A stretch of DNA of 64,000 nt from Eledone cirrhosa (GCA_964016885.1 OZ024743.1:357616001-357680000), one strand, 5' to 3'; positions 15,900-29,852 are shown, counted from the stretch's first letter. Notes: a model not told the origin generated them from the letters alone. Made by a program: numbers and translations.

Positions 15900-17907
15900 A
15901 GTAATAACGAACGAGCCCTAGCTTTTGACGGCAAAATTACAGGCACTAACAGCACCTTCAACCTGAAATCGAGAGCCTACCCTCCTAAGGTAACTGAACT
16001 TTCTCCTTTCGAGACGGACCTTCTTGACTTAGTCGCTAACATTTCCTTTCGCAAACACACTAACACCTTTCAAACGAAACTCAGAAATGATATTAAGAAA
16101 TTTAGGTCTTCTAATAACACCTTCGTTCTTTCCGACAAAACTAATAATATTTACGAAGTCGACAACACCACTTTCCGCCACCTGGCCCATAACGCTATTA
16201 CTTCTAAATATAAGAAAGCTAACCCTATGGCTTACCACGACATTAATACAGAAGCCAAGGAACTTGCCGCCGACCTTGAGGTAGATAAGAAGCTACAATC
16301 TCTAGCTAAGCGGGAGGCGTTCCTCACCCTGAAAGATCACAAGATAGACTTTACTTCTAACCCCACATGTAGACTAATAAACCCGGCACGCACAGATATG
16401 GGACTAGTCAGTAAGACCATACTTAGAAACATAGTTAAGACCATTAGGACCAAGTCCAACCTGTCCCAGTGGGAGAACAGCGACTCCGTAATTAAGTGGT
16501 TTAACTCATTAAAATCCAAAAAAGCGAAGTTCACACAGTTTGACATTGTTGATTTTTACCCGTCGATCTCAGAGACCCTGTTAAACAAAGCGTTGGACTT
16601 CACTACCACTTACACCACCGTCGATGATTTAGACAGGGAAATCATCGCTCACTACCGGAAAACCCTCCTCTTCAACGACAGAGTAGCTTGGGCAAAGAAG
16701 TCTACAACTTCAGACCTATTCGACGTCTCCAAGGGATCGTTTGACAGTGCTGACGTATGTGACTTGGTTGGCCTATTTATCTTAGACATATTACGTGTTA
16801 GATTCCCGGACTTCCACACGGGAATATACCGCGACGATGGACTGACTTTATCGAGCCATAAAAGTGGTCACGACCTCGACCGGTTTAAAAAAGACTTAGC
16901 TTCTACCTTCAATGAGTTAGGCCTTAGGATAACAGTAGCCACCAACCTCTCTAGTGTATATTTCTGAGTCATTAGTTTAGACCTTCGCACACACACACCC
17001 ACAGACCCTTCTATAAGCTAAACGAGAAACTTAATTACATTCACAAGGACTCATGCCACCCTCCCACTGTTTTTAGAAACTTCGTTAAGAATATCAATAC
17101 TAGAATCTCAAACCTCTCCTCTAATAAGGCTATCTTTGACAGGGCGGCACCCTACTATAACACGGCGTTGGCTAACAGCGGCTTCTCACAACCTATCAAT
17201 TATTCTCCCACTAGCAGCAACACCATTAAGAAAAGTAATCGCAACAATAGACAAACTATCTGGTTCTCTCCTCCCTTCTCACTCAACGTTAAAACCAATG
17301 TAGGAAAAAAATTCTAGCCCTCTTAGATAGACACTTTCCCATAGGTCATAAATACCGCTCCATATTTAACCGACACAAAGTTAAACTAGGATACTCCTGT
17401 GCTAAGAACATGAAGGCCCACATCACCAGCAGCCCTAGGAGCAACACCCCATCAGGGTGCTTTTGCCGTAAGCCTGAAGCTTGCCCCCTTCAACAGCAAT
17501 GCAACATACCAGCTGTAATTTATGAAGCTGTGGTCACTTCCAGCCGACCAAACGAACCACAGGAGGTCAAATTTTATGTGGGCATGGCGGAGGGCCGATT
17601 TAAGGAACGTTTCCTGAACCACCAGTCTACCTTGAGGTACCCGGACAGACGTTCATCCACGAAACTCGCGAGCCACATATGGTCCCTCAAGGACTGAAGT
17701 ATAGGGTACTCCATTCAATGGAAAGCCATCACTAAGTCCAAGCCATACGCAAGGGGAAATCCGACGTGTGGCTTATGTATTGACGAACGAATAACTATTC
17801 TAAAGAGATTACGCAATAGTGATTGCCTAAACACGAGAAATGAATTTTTCATACGTTGTCCACACGTCGCCAAACACCTATTGCATAACTACAAGGCTCC
17901 GGGCTGA
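15900..17907 (+). pseudogene. PLE RT + GIY-YIG pseudogene (ORF pieces 16227-16967 and 17410-17697)
   Basis: Motifs FLTLKDHK, CRLINP, FDIVDFYPSI, GSFDSADVCDLVG, YRDDG, CFCRKPEACPLQQQC and VIY..YVGMAEG.FKERF; contains stops and frameshifts. Confidence 0.9.
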
Positions 17908-18069
17908 TTCTTTGTAATTTTATTTTCAGCCTAAAAACTTTTCGGACTTTCACAGTTATCTTCCTTACACCTCTCGCACGCAGTCTAGTATTGCCTGTGT
18001 GAAGTGACCGGGTTTCTGCGCATGCGCGTTCGTACGGTTGTCCTTCCTGTTCCTAAAACCATGCCCATT

Positions 18070-18109
18070 CCGAGCTGAGGATCCGCTAAGGTGAAACAAT
18101 TGTTCTCGG
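18070..18109 (+). ncRNA. Minimal type I hammerhead ribozyme in pLTR
   Basis: CCGAG CTGAGGA t CC gctaa GG t GAAA CAATTG TT CTCGG. Confidence 0.75.
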
Positions 18110-18206
18110 TATGGTGAACTAACTGTTGTGTAACCACTTCTACCTAACTCGTCCCATGGACTGAGTGCTCTAACACTACGGATATTACCTTCCAGTGTTC
18201 CACCAC

Positions 18207-18263
<57 letters not shown>

Positions 18264-19589
18264 ATGTATGTATATTATACAATTTCAGCTAGAGATTAAA
18301 CGTGTAACTACACCATGTAAGCTACAAATATATAATGACAACAACAAAAGGCCAGAATCGAAATATTCTTTTAATGCGTATTTCTATGGTTACATCATCA
18401 GACCATTGGGTATGACTTTTGCAACGTTATCAGGTGTAGATTGCAATGATTGGGTAATCGATAACAGGATTACGGCAAACATAAAAAAAGAATAGACCTG
18501 ATTCAGAGACGGCCCATCATTTGGTGTTATTGTTGTGACGAACTGCTTCCGTCGCTAAATTCTTACATCATGATCTGATGATGTAACCAGGTCATACAAA
18601 TACGTTTTGTGATTTTACAACATTAAAAGAATATTTCGAGTTCAGCTTTCTGTTCTCTTTTGAATAAATATTCAACTCCGTCCCTACACCAACCACGAGA
18701 TACGATGGATGATTTGCATAATATCTGTCATTTTAATAAATATATAGATTTGCAAAAATTGTCATGGTTATCTAATTGGCTTTTGTACTAACCGTCTCCA
18801 CTATGAGTAGTAGCTTTTCGAAAGTTTCATTTTCATTAGTGCTGCGGCTGAATATATTTTACGCGTGTTGCTTTCTGCCGCTTACGTCCATTCTAAGACA
18901 AGGTACACAACTGGTTATACCCTTGTTCTCGCTTATGTTGTCATGAAAAAGCACGCAACTCTTGTTTCATTATTAATGGAATTAAGTGTCGTGTATTAGT
19001 GGACGTATAATGTGTTTAGTTTTGGTTTGTATTTAGGTATTGAGTAAATTTACTTATTAATACCTTGTTGCTCCGTTCTCGAATAGCTACATTACTAGAA
19101 AGGGAATATGTTAATTCAGATGGAATTTTCTGGTTCCTTAATTTGTTGATGGTGTACTCTCATCTCTGTGAGAGTGTGAGACCTGATTGACCAATGTAGT
19201 GTTTATGGCAACCTTTACATATATATTAAATAAACCTTTAAATATATATTAAATTGATGAGTTACATGAGAAGTTTGTAATTTTGTAAATAAACCCTTCT
19301 TTGAAGTGAAAATCGGATCCTTCTAATACATACGTGCAGATTCCGGGGTTTGGTTGGTTGCATTTTGTAATTTCAGGATTTTAATTATAAAATATCTTTT
19401 TTCGTAATTTTGCCTGTTCACAATTTTGCCTTTTATAATCAGATATTTCTAGTTGTTTTTCATTTTTTGTCCCTTAGTAGAATAAGTAGGTTTAGCTGTG
19501 TGTAAATAGATTTCGGCGTTATTTGTATCAAAAGTCGAAATATATCGTATAATCTTTTTTCATTTTTTGTTTTTGTTTCTTGTTATTGT

Positions 19590-20120
19590 AGGGCCTCCAC
19601 ACGCTTTCTTGTTGTCACAGTGCCGGCCGCATTCCACGCCATGCTGCCCTCAACGAGATCATTAAGCATGGCTTGGACGCTGCAGGCTTCCCTTCCCAGC
19701 TCGAGCCGGTGGGGCTGGATCGAGGGGACGGCAAAAGGCCAGATGGCATGACTATCTTCCCGTTCCGCGGTGGCAAACTCCTCGTCTGGTATGCCACTTG
19801 CACCGACACTTTCTGCAGCCGCAACCTGGTGCAGTCTGCGACTGACCCAGGTTCTGCTGCTGGTCGAACTGAAGGGGCCAAACTCCTCAAATACCGGTCG
19901 CTCTCCGATAGGTTTGCGGTCGTACCTCTGGCAGTGGAGACTTCTGGTGTCCTCGGCCCCAGGGCTACCTCCTTACTCACCACCATAGGCGCTGAGCTGG
20001 CCAGCCGTAGGTGTGAGCCCCGCGACTTGGAGTGGCTTTTCCAGCGGGTCTCCCTTGCCGTCCTCCGGGGTAACGCCTTCTCCATTCTGTCTGCCGGGGC
20101 TGTGGATGGGCCCCATCGCG
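19590..20120 (+). pseudogene. CRE-like non-LTR retrotransposon 3' fragment (restriction-like endonuclease domain)
   Basis: RH..LN..I, LEPVGL.RGDGKRPDG..FRGGKLLVW.ATC, AVETSGVLGP and LFQRVSLAVLRGNA motifs; a GC-rich island. Confidence 0.8.
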
Positions 20121-20399
20121 TACCGTTGTATTTGTTGTATACAGATAACTCATCAATCCCATTATTTATAACACATTTGTGTATGTTTAGCAACTAGTTG
20201 TATGAATTACATGAGAAGTTGTTAGCAATTTTGAAAATAGGTCCTTATGGGGGTGTGTTGTGAATAAGATGATGTAAAAAGTAGATACTAACGAGGGTCC
20301 ATAGGGTTTGAAATATGTATCAGTTTCTTTTCTGTTTTGATTTTGTTTTGTTTTTTGTTATTAGTGTATCTATCAAGATTTTCGTTACCTCCTTTCAGA

Positions 20400-21600
20400 A
20401 GATCTCTGCCGATAAATGTGCCAGGCCCAAAGCTATTAAAAGTTTAAATAGAAAAGGCATGGCTGATTTGTATGCCACGTGTAACCTGGATCTCTGGAAA
20501 GGCACCTCAGCAATGGCAATCGGGAGTGATAATCCCAATCTTCAAAAAGAGAGACAAGAAAGATTGTTAAACCTCCTCGGTAAAGTCTATGCTTGGTGCC
20601 TGGAAAAAAGATGTAGAGATATTGTCGAGTCACGGCTCGCTAACGAACTGTATGGTTTTCAGCCCGGACGTAGCACAGATATATATTTGTTTGGTGCATC
20701 TTGAAAAGGCATACGATCCAGTGCCATGGGATTTGCTGTGGAATGTTCAGCAAGAACATGAGACTAAGGGAGAGCTTCTTGTTGCCTCGAAATCTCTATA
20801 CGAATGCTATAGTATTTGTGTTCAAATAAATGGTGCTGAGTTGAAATTATTCAATGTGGGTGACGGACACCACTAGGGCTACATACTATCACCTCTCCCG
20901 TTCATAATATTCATGAAAAGGATTGACATATGCAGCCTGTGGTGAAGTGGTATACAAACCAGCAGGTGTAGATTCGGTTGATATTTATAGACGACATAGT
21001 ACTACTTAACTCGTCGGAACATGATCTCCCGGTATGCATTGAATAGTTTTGCTGTCGAGTAATGCAAGGCAAAAATGAAAATCAGTGCTGCGAAAAATAA
21101 GACATACTTCCACCAGAGAAACACCTGCGCTATGCACTCTTCATGAGAGTAGAGCTGCTCTGAAGTAGGTGGAGAAGTTCAAGTATAGCAGAGTCGTTTT
21201 CACGGGTGATGGAAGGAGGGAGGCTGAAATAAGTGCCAGAATTGCTAGAACTGGTGTAATAATGCGCCAGCTTCAGCACTCAGTTATTAGAAGAAAGTGG
21301 ATAGGTGTAAATGCCGAATTCACACTCTTCAAAGCAGTGATCGTGCGTATCCTTTACTATGGTCATGATTCTGGTTTAATGACCGAAAGTTTACAAACGC
21401 GAATATAAACGGCCAAATAGAGTTTGGGAGTAACGTTACTTGATAGGATACGTAAGTCGAAGATAAGAAGTCGCTTCAGCTAGAATAGCTACTTTGCATT
21501 GTGAGGTCACAGCTCGGTACTAAGGACGATGATTACAATCTCAAAACAAAGAACCGCAGAGCAGATTTTACGAGCAAAGCCAACCGAAATTGATTTCGCT
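20400..21600 (+). pseudogene. Highly degenerate RTE-type LINE reverse transcriptase
   Basis: Fragments YGFQPGRST, LEKAYDPVPW..LW, VEKFKY and ILYYGHDS in shifting frames. Confidence 0.75.
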
Positions 21601-21656
21601 TGGGGATCCATGCAATCATTCGGAGGCGGTACCTTCTGATAGAATAGTGTGGAAGT

Positions 21657-21697
<41 letters not shown>

Positions 21698-21823
21698 GCG
21701 CGCACATTTTTATATATATGACACCACCAGACGGCCTTAATCGCTGGTGTTTTGGCATAGCTACGACTCTCTAACTGTTTATTTTAAACATACCGTATTT
21801 CTTCTGAAATACGAAATTCCAAT

Positions 21824-21883
<60 letters not shown>

Positions 21884-21889
<6 letters not shown>

Positions 21890-22679
21890 CGGAGATTTCT
21901 TCATAAGAGCCTTTATTCTTATAGCTTGGTCTAATTGATTTTTTATATGGTTAATTATGCTAATTGGGAGAGGAAATGGTATATATTTTATCTAATAATT
22001 CTAAGGACATGATTTATGATATATTGCTCTGATTATTTTATTTATTTATTCTTCATAGAGCCAAAAAGTGACCGGTTGCAACATATATATCTATAACTTT
22101 ATGTATATGTAAACCTTTATATTTAATAATCTCCCGTTAGGTTGAGATACAATTTGGCGATATTTGGCTGCGCTTTCTAGCAACAAGCCTACCCGCCGTA
22201 AGCAACCAATCACATTCTTTCTAACTTGACCACTGCCACATTGCGATTCTTAGCCATTTTTTAATCTAATTTTGGCGCGATCACGTTGGAAAACTAAATG
22301 TCTAATTTTGAGTTTGTCTCCTGATGAATCCTAACTCTGGACATTTCCTATTAATTGGATGTCTAAAAATACGGATGAAATCATGGTAGAGATATAATTA
22401 CGGTATGTACACATTTCTTCTAAGTTTGAATTTACACCTAATTGTGTATGGTTGATGGTATATTTAGTCAGTTTCTACATGCTGTCGAAATGTTGGATAA
22501 ATACTCTATTGGGGCCACCGCGAAGAGGCCACTTTCGGTTATTTGTCGGAGATTTCTTCATAAGAGCCTTTATTCTTATAGCTTGGTGTAATTGATTTTT
22601 TATATGGTTAATTATGCTAATTGGGAGAGGAAATGGTATATATTTTATCTAATAATTCTAAGGACATGATTTATGATAT
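21884..22679 (+). mobile_element. Non-autonomous HHR element: 657-nt unit plus ~140-bp terminal direct repeat
   Basis: 21884-22023 is repeated at 22541-22680, the HHR is internal, and the flanks are (TA)n. Confidence 0.8.
22317..22392 (+). ncRNA. Type I hammerhead ribozyme with extended stem II
   Basis: TCTC CTGATGA ATCC[inner hairpin TGGACAT..ATGTCTA]GGAT GAAA TCATGG TA GAGA. Confidence 0.8.
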
Positions 22680-22748
22680 ATATATATATATAATAGAATT
22701 AAAATTTAGCTTCAGGTATATTTGTATACAGATATGTATTGGAATTTC

Positions 22749-22806
<58 letters not shown>

Positions 22807-23393
22807 TTATATAATATATTTAATACAGAAATGGCTTCTACAGAATTAGAAGTGTTTCATTCGTATGATTACATACGAATGAAACAGTTCCAGTTCCGTA
22901 GAGGCCATTTCCATATTAAATGTTGTTGTTCTCACTCTATTAATGCATGTAGTACCTTATTTACTGTGGGTACCCCCGATACCACACGGGATCTCGCGCA
23001 TATTCATATATATTTTCATACATATATATTCTAGAAGAAACAGCTAGCTGTGTGGTTACTGGATAAAGTGTATTTAATGCGTAGAAATGTCCATGATCTC
23101 CAGCAGACCACATATGGAAAATCTCCCGCGTTTGTGCTTTCCTCTTATTTCTAGATACTATATATATATATAAATGGAAAGCATGTTTCCATTTGGAAAC
23201 CATGTTTATTCCCTTTCAGAAACTAATTAGTTGGAGTGAAATTTTAGTAAGTAAGTTAATTTTCTTATTTTACGTCATTCATATAATTGTTCTGCATCCC
23301 CTTGCGTTGAACCACAAAGTTACTAAGACAAAACCTATATATTTGCTAGCATAGCTGTGCATCTGTAGATATATGTTGGTAGATATACTAATT

Positions 23394-23735
<342 letters not shown>

Positions 23736-23818
23736 CGACCTTTCAGACCTTTATTAGCTGGCAGGAGGTTGTATATTTTGTCGTTCCTGGGACGTTTAGC
23801 CCTAGGAAGGGAAAATGC

Positions 23819-23897
23819 TTCTCTGATGAGCTTTGGTTTTCCATCATAAATCCATCGGATTTATGAGGTTTTACAAAGCGAAACTGATCAGTAAGGG
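23819..23897 (+). ncRNA. Type I hammerhead ribozyme with extended stem II, copy 1
   Basis: TTCT CTGATGA GCTTTG[..TCATAAATCC atc GGATTTATGA..]CAAAGC GAAA CTGATCAG TA AGGG. Confidence 0.85.
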
Positions 23898-24303
23898 CCA
23901 CTAGAAGAGGTAAATATTTATATTATATTTTTTAATGTATTTTGAAAAATTGATTGAATTTTACTTGTTCTGCTTATCTTAATATTAAAGTTCTGGTGTA
24001 TCAAATTAACACCATTGAACAACCTTGAATCATAGACAACCTATGTATTTCCAGGGGTACCTAGTATCCCTGGACATATTAACTTCTACCTTTTTCTCCG
24101 TCCGTTGAGAACAATCCTGTTGCTCTACTTGGCTCCTATTTTTTTAGTAGTAATTGTAGACAGCAAGTCTTTGATTTTCCCGCTTTTACTTCGGCCCAGT
24201 TTACATACGGGTCAATTTTACGACCTTTCAGACCTTTATTAGCTGGCAGGAGGTTGTATATTTTGTCGTTCCTGGGACGTTCAGCCCTAGGAAGCGAAAA
24301 TGC

Positions 24304-24382
24304 TTCTCTGATGAGCTTTGGTTTTCCATCATAAATCCATCGGATTTATGAGTTTTTACAAAGCGAAACTGATCAGTAAGGG
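24304..24382 (+). ncRNA. Type I hammerhead ribozyme with extended stem II, copy 2
   Basis: Same motif 485 bp downstream of copy 1. Confidence 0.85.
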
Positions 24383-24466
24383 CCACTAGAAGAGGTAAAT
24401 ATTTATATTATATTTTTTAATGTATTTTGAAAAATTGATTGAATTTTACTTGTTCTGCTTATCTTA

Positions 24467-24563
<97 letters not shown>

Positions 24564-24921
24564 AAAATAACGGACCAAAGGACTCGTGTATAATCCTGTA
24601 ATTAAATGAGCTCAAGGAAATAGTTATCGTGGGCACTTTAAAATACAATATATAGAGGGAAAAGACACAAGAAAACTATAGAGTCTACATTCAACAGCAT
24701 TAACATAGAAGGTCTTAATATAGTAAAAAAAAACTTAAAATATCCGATAGAACCGAGCCTCTTACACCTTGTGAACCCACTTTTAATCTGAAAGATCATC
24801 AATGTAACTTCGAAACCAACCCTACTATTAGATTGATATGTCCTTCAAAATCAGATATAGGTAGAATTAGTAAGTTTATACTAGATAGAATATTACCACA
24901 AATTAAGAAACAACTAACTAT

Positions 24922-25376
24922 AACAGCAACGTGCTGTCCACACTCTTGTACGGAAGTGAAACATGGCACCTTAAGACCAGCCAAGAGAAGAAGTTGGACG
25001 CATTCGATTCCAGATGTCTGTGAATTATCCTAGAGATTAAATGGAGTGACCATGTAACAAACCAGGAAGTCAGGAACCGCACCAACCAGCAGCTAGTCTC
25101 TTCTACCATCTGCAAGAGACGCCTGGGCTGGTTTGGACACGCTTTGAGACTTTCCCCGGAGAGACTGGCGAACCAAGTACTTAAATGGAGCCCGCAGGGA
25201 AGTAGACGGAGAGGGCGACCCAAAATGAACTGGCGCCAGACAGTTGAGAGGGACCTGCGAGCGACAAACAGACAATGGCGGGACGCTGTGCAACTGGCTA
25301 CTGACCGAACGCGATGGAACACTATGATTGCCTCATGCGTCGCAAGACGCGGGAGCTTCTGAGTCTGAGTCTGAGT
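24922..25376 (+). mobile_element. 5'-truncated RTE LINE with (CTGAGT)3 tail and TAACTAT target-site duplication
   Basis: [20 protein letters not shown] and GSRRRGRPK motifs; TAACTAT occurs at 24915-24921 and 25376-25382. Confidence 0.88.
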
Positions 25377-25650
25377 AACTATCAAGCTCTGGGGTAACAC
25401 AAGTGAAGCAATAGACTGGTTCAACTCATTAGACAATAAAGAATCGTCCGACTTTATACAATTTGACATAAATGACTACTACTTTTCTATCTCCCCAGTC
25501 ATCCTTAATAAGGCATTATCCTTTGCCCAAAATCATTCGGATCTTTCAGCAGATGAAATTAAAATAATACTAGCCGCTAGACGAACTATCATTAAATTCG
25601 ACAACAGCTACTGGGAGCGAAAAAATAGACTGAATAACTTCGATATTACT

Positions 25651-26826
25651 ATGGGATCGAATCACTCAGCCCAGATCACAGACTTGGTTGGAATTTATAT
25701 AGCATATTTGTTACATAGGGAATTTGGTAACTTACAAGGTGGAATCTATAGAGATGATACTCTACTTTTAGCTAGAAACGTAAATAGCCAAAACTTAGAA
25801 AGATTAAGGAATAAGATTAGAGAATTCTTTAATAACTTAGGCCTTAGCATTACTTTTGAACCCAACTCTAAAAAAGTCAACTTCTTGGACGTATCGTTTA
25901 ACCTTAACTCAGGACTAATAGAACCCTTCCATAAAAATAATGAAAATTTAGCTTACATTGACTATAACTCGAACCATACTAGATCCATAATTAACTCCAT
26001 AGCGCATAGTATATCCCTTAGAATCTCGCGGCTACCCTCTAACCATGACATTTTTAACGAACACGCTAGCTACTACAACTTGGCTTTACTTAAGACAGGC
26101 TATAAAGAACGGCTCAAATACATACATGATACAAAAAATAACAACACAGTTAATGTTAACGATACTTCCCACAACCATAGAATCAACAAACCTAGGTCTA
26201 AACGCATAAATAGGCAGCATATACCTAATTTAAATAAACAAAATGCTAATACTAATACCACTAGCGGACATAGAAGATACAGAAATAGAAACTACTTATG
26301 GTTTAATCCAATGTTTAACTCCTCTATTAAAACTAAGCTTCCTCTCACTTTCTTTAAATTAGTTGAAAAACACTTCCCTAAAATACATAAATATCATAAA
26401 ATCTTTAATAGAAAAAATATCAAACTATCATACTCCACTGCTAACAACATAGAATCGCACATTCACAAAATTAACTACATAAGAATTCATAATCAAAGTA
26501 GCCCCCATATAAGTTCCATATCACCAAATACAGAACACACACATATTACATCATCGCAACCAAATACAGGCCAAAGAACACCACCACAATACACCAACAA
26601 ACCTAATTCGAAGCCCATACATAATCATATAGTAGAACCGGCGCATAGGAAAGCATTTCTATGCAATTGCCACTTACCCGACAATTGCCCTCTACTAAAC
26701 AGATGCCTTGAGAAAAACGTAGTATACTTGTGTACTATCAACTCAGGTAGCTTGGCATGGTATTACATTGGTTCCACAGCGTGTTTTCAAAAAACGGTGG
26801 TACGTGCACAGACATTCTATGATTAA
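25651..26826 (+). pseudogene. PLE RT C-terminus, linker and start of GIY-YIG
   Basis: GSNHSAQITDLVG, YRDD, VNFLDVSF, WFNP, CNCHLPDNCPLLNRC, VVY..YIGST, then a frameshift. Confidence 0.9.
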
Positions 26827-27750
26827 TAAGAATCAATTAAATACAACAACTCTTGCCAATAAAATATGGCAACTCAAGAATGCAGGCATTAAATACGTGA
26901 TTAGCTGGAAAATACTGTCAACTGCTAAGGCCTATTAAACTGGTATGTCCCATTGTAGGCTCTGTAATATGGAGCTCTTCCAAATTTTTAATTTTAGTAA
27001 AACCCTTCTTAACAGCAGAATTGAGCGAACTATCTTTTGCCGACATAAATCAGCAACGAAGTTCCTGAACTTTAGACCAACTTAACTCCATTTTCTACTC
27101 CTTATTCATTTTTATACTTTTAGCACCTATTACGATATCAAATTATCACAAACTTCATAATTACGTAAGAATAACTTAAAAACATTTTTATTAACATCAT
27201 TATTTTTATTTTTATTTGTAGTTACATCATTTATTATCTTATATATATACACCTTTCACCATTTGTCTTTGTATTTCTCCACTTAAACTTTTTTTATCTC
27301 GATCATTTTATCCTATAATATAATACATCTCATACATAGTAATGTATATTCATCCGTATGTTTATTTTATTTTCTCTCTTCTTCATATCCCCATATTCAT
27401 GATTAATTTGTATCCCCCTATGCTTCCTTACCCCTCTTAATCTTCCTCTATTTCTTTCTCATCTTCCTTACTTATCCTTCCTCTTTGCCTATGCTACATC
27501 CCCCCTTCTCTCTTTCTATATATATCTTTATTATTATTAATATTATATTTATTTTGATGTGATAGTTTGAATTCATAACTTTGCCGGTTATACATTCAAC
27601 TATATCTTCGTTCCTTCTTTCGTCATTTTCTTTCTTTCTCTCTCATTTCCATCTGTCCCCCTTCCTTTATTTATTTATCATTAATACTATTATTGATGTA
27701 GTAATTTGAATTTTTAATTTTACCGTCGCGCATATATTTTATATTTCTTA

Positions 27751-27854
27751 ATAGTTTCTGATGAAATGATTGATGTATTGTAAATTGAGTTATACTGTCT
27801 CCAGTATTTAACAATTTATAGACAATTCTATCATGGAAACAATTGTAAGACTGT
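27751..27854 (+). ncRNA. Type I hammerhead ribozyme with ~70-nt stem II in pLTR
   Basis: ATAGTTT CTGATGA aATGA[..TGTAAATTG..ATACTG tctc CAGTAT..CAATTTATA..]TCATg GAAA CAATTG TA AGACTGT. Confidence 0.75.
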
Positions 27855-27897
27855 AAATAAATATCCTTGTTTGTACTGTCAACCATGTTATTCTTCA

Positions 27898-27941
<44 letters not shown>

Positions 27942-28542
27942 TATTGAAGTTTGCTTGAAGCATTGTGGAATAATAGGTAAATATATTTAAGTCGTTTGGA
28001 AGCCTCGACAATGCAAATGGGTAAATCTCCGGGTAACAAGATCCGGTGGTGGAGAGAGAGATGTAAGTGGGTGTACGTTGAGATGCGTGGTGTGTATAAG
28101 ACGTGTAGAAGTATGAAGGAAAGAGTATAAAGGATAAAATAAAAATAAGAACACGAGAGAGAGTTACCATGGGAGAGATTTAATTGTCCCTATATATTTC
28201 GGATTCACATCCATCAACTGGGGTTTTTTTCCGGGGTGGGGGAAAGGTTGTCTGTCGGAAAGGTGCGAAACGTGTCCTCCGCTGTTTGTTGTTTTGAATA
28301 TCTGAGGTATTCAGCAGAGCGCGCATGCGCGTGAAATGGGGTCGGTCGGGCAGAGGTCAGCGGCCGAATGTGGGAGTGGGGTGGTGCTAGCTGTCAGGCC
28401 ATTCTCTGCCTGTTTGTTAAATGTTACTGTGTGTGTGTGTGCGTGTGTTGTTGTCTCGCTTGAGTGTGTGTGTGTGTGCGTGTGCGTGTGTAGTTATCTC
28501 GTTTGTGTGCCGGGAAATACACACATATACATATATATATAT

Positions 28543-28573
28543 ATGTCCTTGTGGGTGCGTGTGCTTGTGTAAG

Positions 28574-28661
<88 letters not shown>

Positions 28662-28772
28662 TGTGGGTGCGTGTGCTTGTGTAATTATGTATATCAATAT
28701 ATATATATATATATATATGTCCTTGTGGTGCGTGTGCTTGTGTAATTATGTATATCAATATATATATATATA
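28543..28772. repeat. Three copies of a ~37-bp unit separated by (TA)n
   Basis: ATGTCCTTGTGGGTGCGTGTGCTTGTGTAA occurs three times. Confidence 0.8.
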
Positions 28773-29068
28773 TAAAAACAAATAACGAAACGGAATTAAA
28801 TTTCGTTTCGTTTGTAACTCACTTTTGTATGACTGACGCTTAAACAATTAAGTTAAAAATGTACATCTACATATGCATACTGAAATACTAGTGTGTATAT
28901 GAATACACACACGTATACATATGTAGGTGTACCAAGTCTTTCACTGGTCGCTTTACAGTGAGCGGCCCAGCTATTCTGTATGTAAACACACAGACAAACC
29001 GGTTTCTAGAGTCATACTGGTTTTTCAGGGGAACACCTTCCCCCTATTCTCCAGAAAGCCAGACAAGG

Positions 29069-29113
29069 AATATTGAACTAGTTTCGTTGTTGTTACAACT
29101 CATCAGCAATATT
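29069..29113 (-). ncRNA. Type I hammerhead ribozyme
   Basis: AATATTG CTGATGA GTTGT aaca ACAAC GAAA CTAG TT CAATATT. Confidence 0.85.
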
Positions 29114-29852
29114 TACCTATCTACCGGCCTTTCTGGAGAATTGTAAAAGCACATATCGTTATATGCTTTTTCTATGAAAATTAGTAGTGGGCAGACTAAT
29201 TTGCATAGAGTGTGAGTACGCACCGGTTCAGCGGAGACGATAAAAACAAATAACGAAACGGAATTAAATTTCGTTTCGTTTGTAACTCACTTTTGTATGA
29301 CTGACGCTTAAACAATTAAGTTAAAAATGTACATCTACATATGCATACTGAAATACTAGTGTGTATATGAATACACACACGTATACATATGTAGGTGTAC
29401 CAAGTCTTTCACTGGTCGCTTTACAGTGAGCGGCCCAGCTATTCTGTATGTAAACACACAGACAAACCGGTTTCTAGAGTCATACTGGTTTTTCAGGGGA
29501 ACACCTGTGTGTTTACATACAGAATAGCTGGGCCGCTCACTGTAAAGCGACCAGTGAAAGACTTGGTACACCTACATATGTATACGTGTGTGTATTCATA
29601 TACACACTAGTATTTCAGTATGCATATGTAGATGTACATTTTTAACTTAATTGTTTAAGCGTCAGTCATACAAAAGTGAGTTACAAACGAAACGAAATTT
29701 AATTCCGTTTCGTTATTTGTTTTTATCGTCTCCGCTGAACCGGTGCGTACTCACACTCTATGCAAATTAGTCTGCCCACTACTAATTTTCATAGAAAAAG
29801 CATATAACGATATGTGCTTTTACAATTCTCCAGAAAGGCCGGTAGATAGGTA

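Larger units (their letters stand above)
15890..18207 (+). mobile_element. Penelope-like element (Naiad-like), degenerate
   Basis: Broken RT-GIY-YIG ORF, short 3' region with an HHR, and (TA)n on both sides. Confidence 0.9.
23733..24468 (+). mobile_element. Retrozyme-like element: 485-nt period, ~250-bp direct repeats each containing an HHR
   Basis: 23733-23984 is nearly identical to 24218-24468; no ORF; (TA)n on both sides. Confidence 0.88.
24563..27900 (+). mobile_element. Penelope-like element (Naiad-like) interrupted by an RTE insertion
   Basis: RT pieces (LKDH, RLICPSKSDIG, FIQFDI), ORF 25651-26826, a frameshifted GIY-YIG end at 27085, and a 3' HHR; microsatellite flanks. Confidence 0.9.

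Noticed and set aside
16965-17697. In-frame TGA codons in the PLE as possible selenocysteine (reported for some Naiad elements)
   Set aside because: The TGAs at 16965 and 17695 are not at conserved Cys positions, the Cys motifs are encoded normally, and the copy has other frameshifts and stops.
18345-18650. Imperfect inverted repeat with CTGATGA on both strands
   Set aside because: Stems II/III and the cleavage site cannot be built convincingly; at most a decayed HHR element.
19615-20193. 192-aa minus-strand ORF
   Set aside because: Antisense shadow of the GC-rich CRE-like RLE fragment.
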